Part shown: in pieces, positions 13,646 through 28,400 of the stretch
Position numbering within the stretch: position 1 is the first letter of the stretch
Layout of the letters: every line of letters starts with the position of its first letter
DNA from: Eledone cirrhosa
Lineage: Eukaryota
Reading direction: 5' to 3'
NCBI GenBank assembly: GCA_964016885.1
Contig: OZ024749.1
Coordinates: 5,828,001-5,892,000 of the forward strand
Length of the DNA stretch: 64,000 nt
Program-made: the position numbers and the translations under genes
Notes under the pieces: generated by a model
What the model was told of the DNA's origin: nothing
What the model saw: only the letters and a program-made list of their open reading frames with translations
Databases searched by the model: none

Positions 13646-15070
13646 GTAAACTGTGTATATATATATAATGTATATAAGATATATATATATATGTTGTGAC
13701 ATCACTGGTGTAAACTGTGTATATATATATAATGTATATAAGAAATATATATATATATGTTGTGACATCACTGGTGTAAACTGTGTATATATATATAATG
13801 TATATAAGATATATATACATATGTTGTGACATCACTGCTGTAAACTGTGTATATATATATAATGTATATAAGATATATATATATATGTTGTGACATCACT
13901 GGTGTAGACTGTGTATATATATATAATGTATATAAGATATATATACATATGTTGTGACATCACTGGTGTAAACTGTGTATATATATATAATGTATATAAG
14001 ATATATATATATATGTTGTGACATCACTGGTGTAAACTGTGTATATATATATAATGTATATAAGATATATATACATATGTTGTGACATCACTGGTGTAAA
14101 CTGTGTATATATATATAATGTATATAAGATATATATACATATGTTGTGACATCACTGGTGTAAACTGTGTATATATATATAATGTATATAAGATATATAT
14201 ATATGTTGTGACATCACTGGTGTAAACTGTGTATATATATATAATGTATATAAGATATATATATATATGTTGTGACATCACTGGTGTAAACTGTGTATAT
14301 ATATATAATGTATATAAGATATATATATATATGTTGTGACATCACTGGTGTAAACTGTGTATATATATATAATGTATATAAGATATATATATATGCTGTG
14401 ACGTCACTGGTGTAAACTGTGTCATCATCATCATCATCATCAACGTTTAACGTCCGTGTTCCACGCTTGCATGGGTTTGGACGGGGGTAGTCCCACTTGA
14501 GGCAAGAGTGATTGTCTTGCTCGCATAGGACTGTCTGGCAGGTTTTCTACAGTTGGATGCCCTTCCTAACACCAACCACATTTACAGTGTGGGTCTGGGA
14601 GGTTTTTACCGTGTTGCCTACACGGCCACATTACAGCGTGGACTGTGTGTTTTTTTGTCGTGACACCTACACGATCTCATTTGTTTCGGCCTCGATGGCG
14701 CGGCACCAACATAACTTTACATAGAACGGGGTGGTGTGGATGGGGTGGGGGTGGTGGGACGGGGTGTATTTTGTTAGAGATGCCTACTGGTTGGAGTAGG
14801 TTTTACTATATATTTAGGTAAGGCGGGTCTTCTCTGTTACTGAGTACCGCCAAAGGTATATATATACCGCCAAGGTATATATATACCGCCAAGGTGTATA
14901 TATATATAATGTATATAAGATATATATATATGTTGTGACATCACTGGTGTAAATTGTGTATATATATATAATGTATATAAGATATATATATATGTTGTGA
15001 CATCACTGGTGTAAACTGTGTATATATATATAATGTATATAAGATATATATATGTTGTGACATCACTGGA
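13631..15070. repeat. Minisatellite of about 60 bp seeded by SINE sequence, interrupted at 14424-14895
   Basis: tgtgacatcactggtgtaaactgtg(ta)n atgtatataaga(ta)n tgt. Confidence 0.92.
14424..14845 (-). mobile_element. RTE LINE 3' end with (GAT)n tail
   Basis: (cat)n then aacgtcc..ggatgcccttcctaacacc; inverted relative of 15838-16274. Confidence 0.8.
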
Positions 15071-15171
15071 GTCAAGTTGTATCAGCATTTGCCTTTCCCT
15101 TGGACAACATCATATACAATGTATATATAGTCTATTTATAGTTTATATATGGTGTAAATTGTGTATATAAT

Positions 15172-15356
15172 AATTGTTTCTACTTTTGGCACATGGCCAG
15201 CAATTACCCAGTACATTACTGGTACTTTATTTTATCGACCCCATAAGGATGAAAGGCAAAGTTAACCTCGGCGGGATTTGAACTCAGATCATAAAGGGAG
15301 GTAACTCTATGCTTCAAAGCATGGCGCCCGACCCTCTACCGATACTGCCAATCCAC
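15172..15356 (-). mobile_element. SINE family 1
   Basis: Same sequence as other copies. Confidence 0.9.
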
Positions 15357-15837
15357 GTTTATAAGATATATATATATATATGTTGTGACATCACAGGTGC
15401 CAAGCTGTATCGGCCTTTGACTTTCTCTTGGACAACATCGGTGGCGTGGAGAGGGGAGAGTGGTATGCATGGGAGACTTCTGGCCTTCCACAAACAACCT
15501 TGCCTGGACTTGGGCCTAGAAGAAGAACTTTTGATAGTTCAGCTTTCTAAGTTGAATGGTTATAGGCTGTGATTTCTAGCAGCTTCTTGATCCATTCACT
15601 CCACTATATACTGTCTCCTCTGCATGCTTTCGTTCTCTCCCCATGTGCTTCATTCAGTTGTCTGAAATATCTTTAGACGTGTTGGCTAAACTTCTTTAGG
15701 AATGTCCAGGTGTGTATAGTTATAAAGGTGGGTGTTTTACATTTTAATTTTACTTCTTAATTATTTTGTGTTTTCTCCACTTTTCGTAGACCTTATATCC
15801 TTCACTACCTCACACACTTACACCTCTCTAAGACAAT

Positions 15838-16274
15838 GTCACTGGACCGAGATCTTTGGCGCTACACAGTAATACAGAAGACCCGCCTTGCCTAAGTACA
15901 AAGCGAAACCTACAGTCAGTAGGCACCTCTAACAAAATACACCCCCGTCCCACTACCCCCACACCATCCACACCACCCCTTCCAATGTAAAGTTATGTTG
16001 GTACCACAACATCCAGTCCGAAACAAATGAGGTTGTGTAGGTGTCACGACAAAAAACCACACAGTCCACGCTGTAATGTGGCCGTGTAGGTAACACGGTA
16101 AAAACCTCCCAGTCCACACTGTAAAGGTGGTCGGTGTTAGGAAGGGCATCCAGCCGTAGAAAACCCGCCAGACAGTCCTATATGAGCAAGACAACCACTC
16201 TTACATCAAGTGGGAAAACTCCCGTCCAAACCCATGCTAGTGTGGAAGATGGACGTTAGATGATGATGATGATG
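15838..16274 (+). mobile_element. RTE LINE 3' end with (GAT)n tail
   Basis: gtaatacagaagaccc..ggtgttaggaagggcatccagccgtagaaa..ggacgttagatgatgat, shared with 29350-29723. Confidence 0.8.
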
Positions 16275-16358
16275 TTAGTGGTTCTCTAGCCATTGTAAAT
16301 GAATACATAAACCCTTTTTGTGTTTTCTTCTCTATATACTGTATTATTGAGAGTCCTG

Positions 16359-16413
16359 TAATTTATTCCTTGAGCTCATAAAATTACAGGGTATTAACAC
16401 GAGTCTAACTCCG

Positions 16414-16457
<44 letters not shown>

Positions 16458-16519
16458 AAAATATGGAGTCAAAGACTCGCATTAATACCTTGTAATTTTA
16501 TGAGCTCAAAGAATAATTA
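16359..16519. repeat. Inverted repeat with arms of about 55 bp around a (TA)n spacer
   Basis: ttgagctcataaaattacagggtattaa versus ttaataccttgtaattttatgagctcaa. Confidence 0.9.
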
Positions 16520-16942
16520 TATATCAAGAAATAATATATATAAATATATATATATATATATGAGAGAGAGAGTGAAAGATATATATAAAGAGGGAGTGAA
16601 ATAGATATATAAAGAGGGAGATAAAGAGAAAGCTTTCATGTGTGAATTATTTTTTATCTAGATCTGGCATTTAACAAAATGAACTATATAGAGATTTGGA
16701 GAAAACAAATTGAGAACCAAATTACATTAAAATAGAAAGAAATATCAGAAGAAGCAAAAATAAGGATGGGAAGAGCACATCACCATTTATGTCTGTTTTG
16801 TTTTTTTGTGTCATTTCTCAAAATGTTCTCTAGTTGTATTTTGGAAGTGCTGAGACATATATTTCCTCAGTGTATCACGGAGAGGATGGCATGTATATTT
16901 TCTGACCTTATTAAATGAAGCCAGAGCAAAGTTTTATTGGAA

Positions 16943-17012
<70 letters not shown>

Positions 17013-17079
17013 TTATATATATAAATATACATGTACATATATATATATATATACATGTACATATACTTATATATATACA

Positions 17080-17116
<37 letters not shown>

Positions 17117-17117
17117 G

Positions 17118-17242
<125 letters not shown>

Positions 17243-17503
17243 ATACATATACATATATACATATATATATACATATGCATATATATACACACATATACAT
17301 ATATATATATATACACACATATACATATACATATATACACACACACATATATACATATATACACACACACACATATACATATATACACACACACACATAT
17401 ACATATACACACACACACACATACATATATACACACACACACATATACATATATACAAACACACACACATACATATATACACACACACACACACACACAT
17501 ATG

Positions 17504-17629
<126 letters not shown>

Positions 17630-17719
17630 TATATATACATATATATATATATACATATAATTATTTTGTCTTATATTTTTTATATGTATGTATATATATA
17701 AATATATATATACACACAA

Positions 17720-17752
<33 letters not shown>

Positions 17753-18768
17753 CACATAGAAATATGAGACAAATATAATAACATTTTAAAGGTAAAATAT
17801 TTCAGAATGTCTTATCAAATTTCAATATAAATATTTACATATCAATTTTGGAAAAAATGAAATAGTGCAAATTGAAAATAGAAAAAAACATTTTACAATT
17901 TTTATTTAATATTATCCTTCATTTAACCCTAAAATATGGATTTTATTAATTGGAAATTTCTATAAACTAAAAGAAGTAAATAATTTGAAGCCAGTCAAAT
18001 TCTTTTCTGTTCTCCAATTGAAAGATAGTTCAATATGAATTATTAGGAAAAATATATATATATTTGAAATGTGTTCATCTCCCAAAACATTGTCTGTGGC
18101 ATCTATTCATAGTGATCATCTATTATTATAGTTATTAGCTTTGGGACGTACACATTTGTAATATTCCCAGTGTCTCTTAAGCTTAAGCCGTCTGCTTTCC
18201 TTAAATATATATATATTCATATATTCAGAGGGATGTATTTAATTATGTCTCATATAAAATAATACAACTGGCTATCCGCAAAATACGTATAGTTAGCACC
18301 CCAAACGTATAATTGGGATTATACTAAGGTATATCATAATGTCTGTTGAGTGAGAGGGAAGTGGGTCGGAGTATTGCTTAAAGCTTTCTCTGTTAATGTA
18401 TTAAATATGTTCATATATATGTAGATAAGTACAGACAAAATTTGTTTGTATGGATCAGTGTACAAACAAAATAAAGAAGTAAGATTGCTTAACAACACTC
18501 TTGGTCTGATATTGTATTGAAACATATATTAAGGAATGTAGTTTGATTAAATTCTTCACCTCTAACCTATAATTCACACCTAGTCATTTGTTTTTCCTAT
18601 ACATTTAAATATATATATATATATATATAACCAAAGATTAATATGGTTTATTGATTACTCAATGAATATAGTTTTGCAATAGATTAAAGGCACTCTTCAG
18701 GGAAGTTTTCTGGAGTTATTATTATTCAGAATAATAATAAATGGAGACATTCACATAATTAAAATATA

Positions 18769-18835
18769 TGTTTTATTATATATATTTAGAAGGTCCCTGT
18801 GCTGTTTTTTCAGTACGTCCTCGTCAGATAGAATA
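18769..18835 (-). ncRNA. Decayed hammerhead, paralog of 41232-41297
   Basis: UAUUCUAU CUGACGA GGACGUACUGAAAAAACAGCACAGGGACCUUC UAAA UAUAUA UA AUAAAACA; GAAA mutated to UAAA. Confidence 0.6.
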
Positions 18836-18893
18836 CATGAATTGATGTATGGCATACCTCTACAGTCTTCATAGTTCAATTTCAGTATTGGGA

Positions 18894-18947
<54 letters not shown>

Positions 18948-18959
18948 TTTCATTTTTCA

Positions 18960-19289
18960 TTTCATTTTATGTACGCTTTTTCCCTGCTTGCAAGGGTGGG
19001 ACGGGAACTGATGCTGGCTTGATTTCTACAGCTGGATGCCCTTCCTAACACCAACCTCATTTACAGTGAGTGCTGGGTGCTTTTTTGCCGTGGCACCGCC
19101 ATGACCACTTTGCAGTGGAATGATAGGGACCCCAGTCCCTATCATCTCATTTCTACAGCTGAGTAAACTGGAGCAATGTGAAATAAAGTGTCTTGCTCAA
19201 GGAAACAACACATCACCCGGTCTGAGAATTGAACTCACAACCTTTCGATTGCAGGGCCAATGCTCTAACCACTTAGCCATGTGCCTCCA
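18960..19289 (-). mobile_element. Full SINE family 2: tRNA head, CORE-like domain, RTE-derived tail
   Basis: Near-identical to 62251-62633; tail matches the RTE 3' UTR. Confidence 0.85.
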
Positions 19290-19431
19290 TCTATATATAT
19301 ATATAAGGAAAAGAAATCGAAAATGCAACTGGAGTCTTTTTAATAATAATTAATTGTTTCCTTTACCAGTTTCACAGTTCTTATGCTCTTCAAAAGTAGA
19401 ATTGAGATGGAGGGTTTGTTTTTTCTCGCAT

Positions 19432-19630
19432 ATGGTTGCATGGTTTAGACAGGAATTCTCCCTCTTGGGGCAAGATTGATCAGATGACCATGTCTCGCTC
19501 ATATAGAACTATATCTGGTAGGTTTTCTACGGCTGGATGCCCTTCCTAATGCCAACCACATTTACAGTGTGGACTGGGAGCCTTTTCAAAGTGTCTCTTA
19601 CACAACCACTTAATAGTGTGGACTGGGTGT
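19432..19630 (-). mobile_element. RTE-type 3' UTR fragment
   Basis: ggttttctacggctggatgcccttcctaatgccaaccacatttacagtgtgg. Confidence 0.7.
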
Positions 19631-19806
19631 TATATATATATATACAAAATGTTGTTAAGACAAGGTTACTTTTACATAATTGTTTTATTGTATTATACAT
19701 ATTTCAATGACATAATAAATTAAGATCATAGAGTAGATTTTTTTATATCATTTCATATCCATACAAATGTTTCAATATAATTTAATTACTATTAATTTTA
19801 TTACAA

Positions 19807-20109
19807 CTAGATGAGGACAACGTTGATTTCTCCGTCATTCTGTTACAGTCTTTCTCTCTAAACACACAGCATTCCCTTTCCTCTCTCTATCTATGTACAT
19901 CTCTTTCCCTTCGTGCTCCTCCTCTCTCTATATAGTGTAACTTTCTGTCTATCTACTTCGTTCTGTTACCCAGAAAACACACAGCGTTCCCTTTCCTCTC
20001 TCTATCTATATACATGTCTCTCACTTGGTGCTCCCCCTCTCTATATAAAATGTGTGTGATGACAGAAGAATGGACGGACAGACAGACAGCACTCTCATTA
20101 TAATATAGA
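19807..20109 (-). mobile_element. Non-autonomous Helitron-like element
   Basis: a|ctag at the left end and (gaca)n..cattataatataga at the right end, the layout of Lep1-like Helitrons. Confidence 0.5.
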
Positions 20110-20111
20110 AT

Positions 20112-20592
20112 GGCAAGGGCCGTATAGAATGGCAAGGGCCGTAAAGTTCAGTTAACCTGGGCGGGATTTGAACTCAGAATGTTAACTTTGCCTTTCATCC
20201 TTACGGGGTCGATAAAATAAAGTACCAGTAATACACTGGGATAATTGCTGGCATTGTGCCAAAAAATTAGAAACAATGGTTATGGCATTATTCTGGAAGG
20301 GTGGTGGATTGGCTGAATTGGTAGAACACCGGACACTATGTTTTGTGGCACAGAGTTATGTCCCTTTATACTCTGAGTTCAAATCCTGCTGATGTTAATT
20401 TTGCTGTTCATACTTTTTAAAACACTGCAGATTTCCTTAATGTAGCGAATGACTAGAAGTAAAGATACAGCCACACATACACCAGTTCCAAACACAAAGG
20501 AGCTGAACAGCCCCCATCACTGACTCCATCTCTCACTACCATGGCTGAATTGGTAGAACATAATTGCTGGCCTTGTGCCAAAAGTAGAAACA
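20112..20592. mobile_element. Rearranged SINE family 1 composite bounded by a 15-bp direct repeat
   Basis: attataatatagaat at 20097-20111 and 20593-20607; SINE pieces in both orientations inside. Confidence 0.7.
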
Positions 20593-20988
20593 ATTATAAT
20601 ATAGAATTAAGAAAAAGAAGAAACATATATTGAGTATAGTGTTATTAAATATGGTACATTTCCAGAAGCAATATAAATGATTATACAATGACCTGGGAAT
20701 CAGCAAGCCCAAGAGAAAACACAGAGAACTATATCTTAAATAAAAGTAGAAACAATGACAGATATGACATGATGCAAGAAACGTTATTTATTATATATAT
20801 ATCACTTATTTGTTATTTATTTAAACAATATTTTTTTTTCTAAATCTCTATCTATAATGACATAAACAGTTCGGAAATATTAATTGGCAATACTAGTTCA
20901 TTTTGATTAATTCCATATAAATATATATACATATATATAAATAAATATATATAAATACAAATGATGATGATGATGATAAATATATATA

Positions 20989-21024
<36 letters not shown>

Positions 21025-21384
21025 TTGAACCCCAAATGAACATCTATTTAACAGTATGCATAACGAGAACCAAAAATAATATTGTTTACATTTTCAGCAC
21101 ACATTTGAAGACAACGCATTAATTATTAATATTAATTCATTGCCTTTGAAATGTGCATAACAGGTGTTATGTAAGACAATAAATGGAAGTGTAATATGTA
21201 AAACGGACTCTTCTTACTTAATGACAATACTTCATCAGATCCCATGTACTTAATGCCTCTTCTCACCTTTATGGATTCCTAAGATGTTGAGAACTTATAC
21301 TTAATTACACCATATGGAGGCAGTCTGTCGGATACACCGACAAGTGTTCCAGATTATCTAATCAAAGGAAGAGCCTGCTCCAGA

Positions 21385-21620
21385 AATTAAAGTGCAAGTG
21401 ACTGAGCATACCATTTACACACACATGCATACCATTTATGTAGTTCTCAGGGAGATTCAGTGTGATGCATTGTGTGACAAGTCTGGTCATTTGAATTACA
21501 GGTAAAATTCATTTTTGCCAGCTGAGTGGACAGGAGCAACGTGGAATAAAGTGTCTTGCTCAAGGAAACAATGCGCTGTCAAGAATCGAACTCACGAACT
21601 TATGGTTGTGAGCCACGTAC
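21385..21620 (-). mobile_element. SINE with family 2-like head and a different body
   Basis: cagctgagtggacaggagcaacgtggaataaagtgtcttgctcaagg..gaatcgaactc. Confidence 0.7.
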
Positions 21621-21771
21621 CTTCACAGATTATACCATACTTTAATGATTACTGGGATCATCTAACACGGTCTAATGACTACTTAGATCAATGGCTGTGA
21701 GTTCTATTCCCATAGAACTCACAACATTAAGTTCTTATCTAAATATGTCACTATCTGTAAACCAATTTTTG

Positions 21772-21832
21772 TATTTTAACTGATGAGAGCCTGCCAAAAC
21801 ACTGGTACCCTTGAAATATATATAATAAAATA
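21772..21832 (+). ncRNA. Minimal hammerhead ribozyme motif (UAUUUUAU family)
   Basis: UAUUUUAA CUGAUGA GAG CC UGCCA AAACAC UGGUA CC CUU GAAA UAUAUA UA AUAAAAUA. Confidence 0.7.
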
Positions 21833-21843
21833 AATATGGTTTA

Positions 21844-21922
<79 letters not shown>

Positions 21923-22076
21923 AATTAAATGTTAGAGAAAACAATACCAAATTCTTAAACAAATATATTTTATGGCTGACAATAGTTTTGGAAACTATAT
22001 CAGCATTATGCACATACTGATGATATTTATCGATTATAAAATCGATAATAATAAATGATATTAGTGTGTATGCTTA

Positions 22077-22129
<53 letters not shown>

Positions 22130-22235
22130 CGTGTGTGTGTGTACTCATATAAGAAATGCTAAGTCTAAAATAGTGAAAACAAAAAGAGCCGCCAGATGGA
22201 AAGAACACAGTGTTCAAAATGAAAGATAAGAGTGA

Positions 22236-22270
22236 TATTAACGTTTTGGACATTAGTCCTTCATCTGAAA
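22236..22270 (-). ncRNA. Decayed hammerhead, relative of 12676-12710
   Basis: CAGAUGA A GGAC UAAU GUCC AAAAC GUUA; two core substitutions. Confidence 0.45.
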
Positions 22271-22464
22271 AACAAGAAATGAGGGGGAGGCATAGAGAAA
22301 GAGAAAAGAAAAAGAGTTACATACAAAAAAGCAAAGAAAATTTTCACACCTCCTTCACTTACTGAGTGGAGTGGAACTAGTTAAATTGAACCAAGGAAAC
22401 ACTGTTTCGATTGGTCTTTCCATTACTGATAACATCTGCCAGTTGAAACTCCTGGCAGAAAAAG

Positions 22465-22570
22465 CAACAAATAAAGTGGCTTGTTCAAGGACATATTGCA
22501 TCGCCCGGCCTGGGAATCAAACTTGCAACCTCATAATTGTGAATACAATTCACTAAATACTAAGCCTCAT
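22465..22570 (-). mobile_element. SINE family 2 head fragment
   Basis: aaataaagtggcttgttcaaggaca..gggaatcaaact. Confidence 0.6.
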
Positions 22571-22624
22571 AAAAAGAGTATAAATAAGTGTCAGTCACAA
22601 ATGACCATGGATTTTGCAGGTCCA

Positions 22625-22691
<67 letters not shown>

Positions 22692-22789
22692 GATCGAGTA
22701 TCGAAAAATCGGCGCACGAGTTAACGAAAAACGAAATCCGATATGCATGTCATCGTTTTAACACCTGCTTTCTCTGCTAGCAAGGATTG

Positions 22790-23107
22790 TACAGGTAGAC
22801 ATAGTCTTACACATACATACTCCCTTCATACAAATACACACACTACTGCTACATAGACTTACACATACATATCCCCTTCTTACATATATACACATACTAC
22901 TACTACATATACTTACACATACATACCCCCTTCATACATGTACACATACTACTACTACATACATATATACACATATTCACATACACACATCTATACACAT
23001 ACACACATGAACACATCTATACACACATACACACATCTAGACCCAAATATCTAAACACACATATCTAGATAAACACATCTAGGAGCAATATCGAGATACA
23101 CACATTT

Positions 23108-23142
<35 letters not shown>

Positions 23143-23675
23143 AATTTATACACATACACACACTCTTCTAGACACACCCATCTAGGCACAGACACCACTT
23201 GACACAAACATCTTGACACATACATCTACCTATATACACATACACACATACTCGTTCACACATGCACATACACACATCCTCACACACACACACAAACCCT
23301 CGTTCACACATGCAACACACACACATCCTCACACACAAACAAACACACGCACCCTCCCTCACACATGCACATACACACATCCTCACACACACACACACAT
23401 ACACACTCACACACACACAGACACACTCGTTCAAACATGCACATACACACACATACATCCTCACCCCACACACACTCACAAACATACAAACACACACACG
23501 CACACATCCTCACAGACACACAAACACGCACACACACATCCTCACACACAAAAACACAACAAACACACACACACACACACACACATCCTCACACACACAC
23601 ACAAACACACACACATCCTCACATACACACACACACGCACGCACACATCCTCACACACAAAAACACAACAAACAC

Positions 23676-23706
<31 letters not shown>

Positions 23707-23836
23707 TCCTCACATACACACAAACACACACACACACACATCCTCACATACACACACAGACACACACGCACACATCCTCCCACACACACACCACACACTC
23801 ACAAACATACAAACACACACACGTTCACACACACAC
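22790..23836. repeat. CA-rich degenerate minisatellite (acacatcctcacac)
   Basis: Direct inspection. Confidence 0.9.
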
Positions 23837-24165
23837 TTCCGGCTACAAAGGTGTGGTTTGAAATATGAAGTTGAAGGAAAAAAAGTTCTTTGTTGAGAAA
23901 ATGTGGAGTCTAAAAACACAGCATCTAGAAGATGGCAGATAATTGAAAGAAACAAGGAAAATATTAGTAATATGGATAACAATAATAACAAAACCAACGG
24001 CAATGGTGGCTACAGTAGTGGTGGTGGCGTAGGTGGCGGTGGGGGGGGGGATTGGCGGGGAGTGGGGAGGGTTGGCCAAGATTGTGGCAGTGTAAGTTAT
24101 TTTCTATTGCAGAGTGAGATATATTTGACAGAATCTGATATAAAGATATTGGAGAGACTAATGGA

Positions 24166-24383
<218 letters not shown>

Positions 24384-24416
24384 GTGTATATATATATATG
24401 TATATATATATACATG

Positions 24417-24453
<37 letters not shown>

Positions 24454-24458
24454 GTATG

Positions 24459-24492
<34 letters not shown>

Positions 24493-24782
24493 TATGAATA
24501 TATATATATATATGTATATATATATACATGTATATATATATATGTATATATATGTAAGTATATATATATATATGCATATATATATATATATGTGTGTGTA
24601 TTTATATATACTTTTGAATAATATTCATATTCATATATGTAAATATATACACTCACACACGCAGATGCATACATCATAAATCACACACATACACAAACAT
24701 TGACACATGCATAGATAAGTGTATAAATATACATGCGTTTATATGCGCATGTTTTCATGTGTGTGTATGCTTACACACACAA

Positions 24783-24825
<43 letters not shown>

Positions 24826-25004
24826 CCAATTTACTGAGGCGGATGTGCGTAAGAGAGTGTGAGAAAGGGAAAAAGATAGGATATATATGTATGTGTATAT
24901 AGATATGTATACAAATATATACATGTATACATACACATTATATATAGACCATATATACCTATACACAAAAACAAACTTATGTATTTAATCATTTTGTCTG
25001 TCTC

Positions 25005-25099
<95 letters not shown>

Positions 25100-25102
25100 G
25101 AT

Positions 25103-25144
<42 letters not shown>

Positions 25145-25172
25145 TATATATATGTATATATATATGCATATG

Positions 25173-25946
<774 letters not shown>

Positions 25947-25953
25947 TATATAC

Positions 25954-26014
<61 letters not shown>

Positions 26015-26136
26015 TATAAGGATTAGAATACTGGAGCGTGTTTGAGTCAAACATATATATATATACATATATATATACATATATATATACATATATATAT
26101 ATATATACATATATATATACATATATATATATATAT

Positions 26137-27190
26137 CATCATCACTGCGTAACAGCTATTTTCCATGCATGCATGGTTTAGATGGCTTGTCACATCCTGA
26201 AAGCTGAAACATCAGATGACGCCATCTTGTTCACATGGACTATTTATATCTAGGTTTCTAGATTGGATACCCTTCCTAATGACAACCGCTTTACATTGTG
26301 TATTGGAAGCATTTTATCAGGGCACCGGCACAATCTTAGTGTAGACTGGGTGCATTTTATCAGGGCACCAGCACAACCTCAGTGTAGACTAGGTGCATTT
26401 TAGCAGGGCACCAGCACAACATTAGTGTAGACGGGGAGCATTTTATCAGGGCACCACCACAACCTCAGTGTAGACTGGGTGCATTTATCAGGGCAACGGC
26501 ACAACCTCAGTGTAGACTAGGTGCATTTCGGCAGGGCACCAGCACAACCTCAGTGTAGATTGGGTGCATTTTATCAGGGCACCGGCACTACTTCAGTGTA
26601 GACTAGGTGCATTTTGGAAGGGCACCGGCACAACCTTAGTGTAGACGGGGAGCATTTTAGCAGGGCACCAGCACAACTTTAGTCTAGACGGGGAGCATTT
26701 TAGCAGGGCACCGGCACAAACTTAGTGTAGACGGGGAGCATTTTAGCAGGGCACCAGCACAACCTTAGTGTAGACGGGGAGCATTTTAGCAGGGCACCGG
26801 CACAAACTTAGTGTAGGCTGGGTGCATTTTATCAGGGCACCAGCACAACCTTAGTGTAGACTGAGTGCATTTTATCAGGGCACCAGCACAACCTTAGTGT
26901 AGGATGAGTGCATTTTATCAGGGCACCAGCACAACCTTAGTGTAGGATGAGTGCATTTTATCAGGGCACCAGCACTTCTACAGAGTATATTGGGAGGATT
27001 TCATCAGAGCACCAGCACAACCTCAGAGAAGATTGGGGGGATTTTATCAGGGCACCGGCACAACCTCATAGTAAACGGGGTGCATTTTATAAGGGCACCA
27101 GCAGAACCTCCGTGTAGACGGGGATCATTTTATCAGGGCACCGGAACAACTACCAACATACAGAGTAGACTGGATGCTTTTTATTTTAGC
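26137..27190 (-). repeat. Old RTE-type 3' end with an internal 43-bp minisatellite of about 20 copies (26307-27185)
   Basis: Unit attttatcagggcacc(a/g)gcacaacct(c/t)agtgtagactgggtgc follows ggatacccttcctaatgacaacc. Confidence 0.9.
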
Positions 27191-27529
27191 ATAAGTACTA
27201 CCACTTTACTGAGGGGGGGGGAGTGAGAGAGAGAGAGGCTGAAAGAGAGAGAGAGAGGGGGGGTCAGTTAAAGACAGAGAGAGAGAGATGAAGAGACAGA
27301 AAAAAGTGTGAGAGGAAGAGAACGAGAGGAAGACAGAGAGAGAGAGGAAGAGAGAGAGGGCGAGAGAGTGAAATGGAGGGAGGGTTACAAGGAGAGAGAG
27401 AGAGAGAGAGGAAGACAGTCAAGGAGAATTGTCTATATTTAAATATTACAAATTTAAAGAAAAAAAGTGAAATGAAATATGAGTTTGTGTTATGTATCGT
27501 TATATACATCCATAAATACACAAATTAAC

Positions 27530-27616
<87 letters not shown>

Positions 27617-27650
27617 ACAAAAACAAAGAGCGCTTACATCATCAATTAAT

Positions 27651-27712
27651 CTTTATTTGCTGACAGTGTTTCGTCCTTACATAATTGCAGGACTCATCAG
27701 AGCGTTATAAAG
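27651..27712 (-). ncRNA. Canonical minimal type I hammerhead ribozyme
   Basis: CUUUAU AAC GCU CUGAUGA GUCC UGCAAUUAUGUAA GGAC GAAAC ACU GUC AGC AA AUAAAG; intact core and GUC site. Confidence 0.88.
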
Positions 27713-27919
27713 AGGAATTACATCAATAATATATACATACATGTTGTACATATATGTATATATATATATACATACACACACACATATATATATATTCATG
27801 TTGTTCATATATGTGTATATATATATATACACACACACATATATATATACATGTTGTACATATATGCATATATATATATATGTATATATATACATGTACA
27901 TATATGTATATATATACTA

Positions 27920-27955
<36 letters not shown>

Positions 27956-28305
27956 GCATATATATACACACACACACATATATATATATACATATATATG
28001 TATGAAGATAGATAATTATATATATATATATATAAACATACAAATGTATACACACATACACACACACAAGAATAACAAAAAAATAATAATGTTTCTGTTT
28101 CTTAGGCCTTCATACATAAAATATGTAAATTATGTTTATACTGCATCTTTATAACAGGCCACAGTGTACATAGGTTTATACATACATATATATAGGTTTA
28201 TATATACATATATATAGGTTTTAGGTTTATATATACATATGATGATGATGATCAATATATATATATATGTATATATATGTATATGTATATATATGTATAT
28301 GTATA

Positions 28306-28382
<77 letters not shown>

Positions 28383-28400
28383 ATATATGTATATATATGT

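Noticed and set aside
19360-19396. Hammerhead on minus strand (UUGAAGA..GAAACUGGUA)
   Set aside because: Core mutated and stems too short to distinguish from chance.
22010-22070. Hammerhead at CUGAUGA plus hairpin
   Set aside because: No GAAA and uncertain stem I; at best a decayed copy.
23836-24165. Gly/Asn-rich first exon with an ETS-like ACTTCCGG site
   Set aside because: Low complexity, runs into (TA)n, no recognisable domain.
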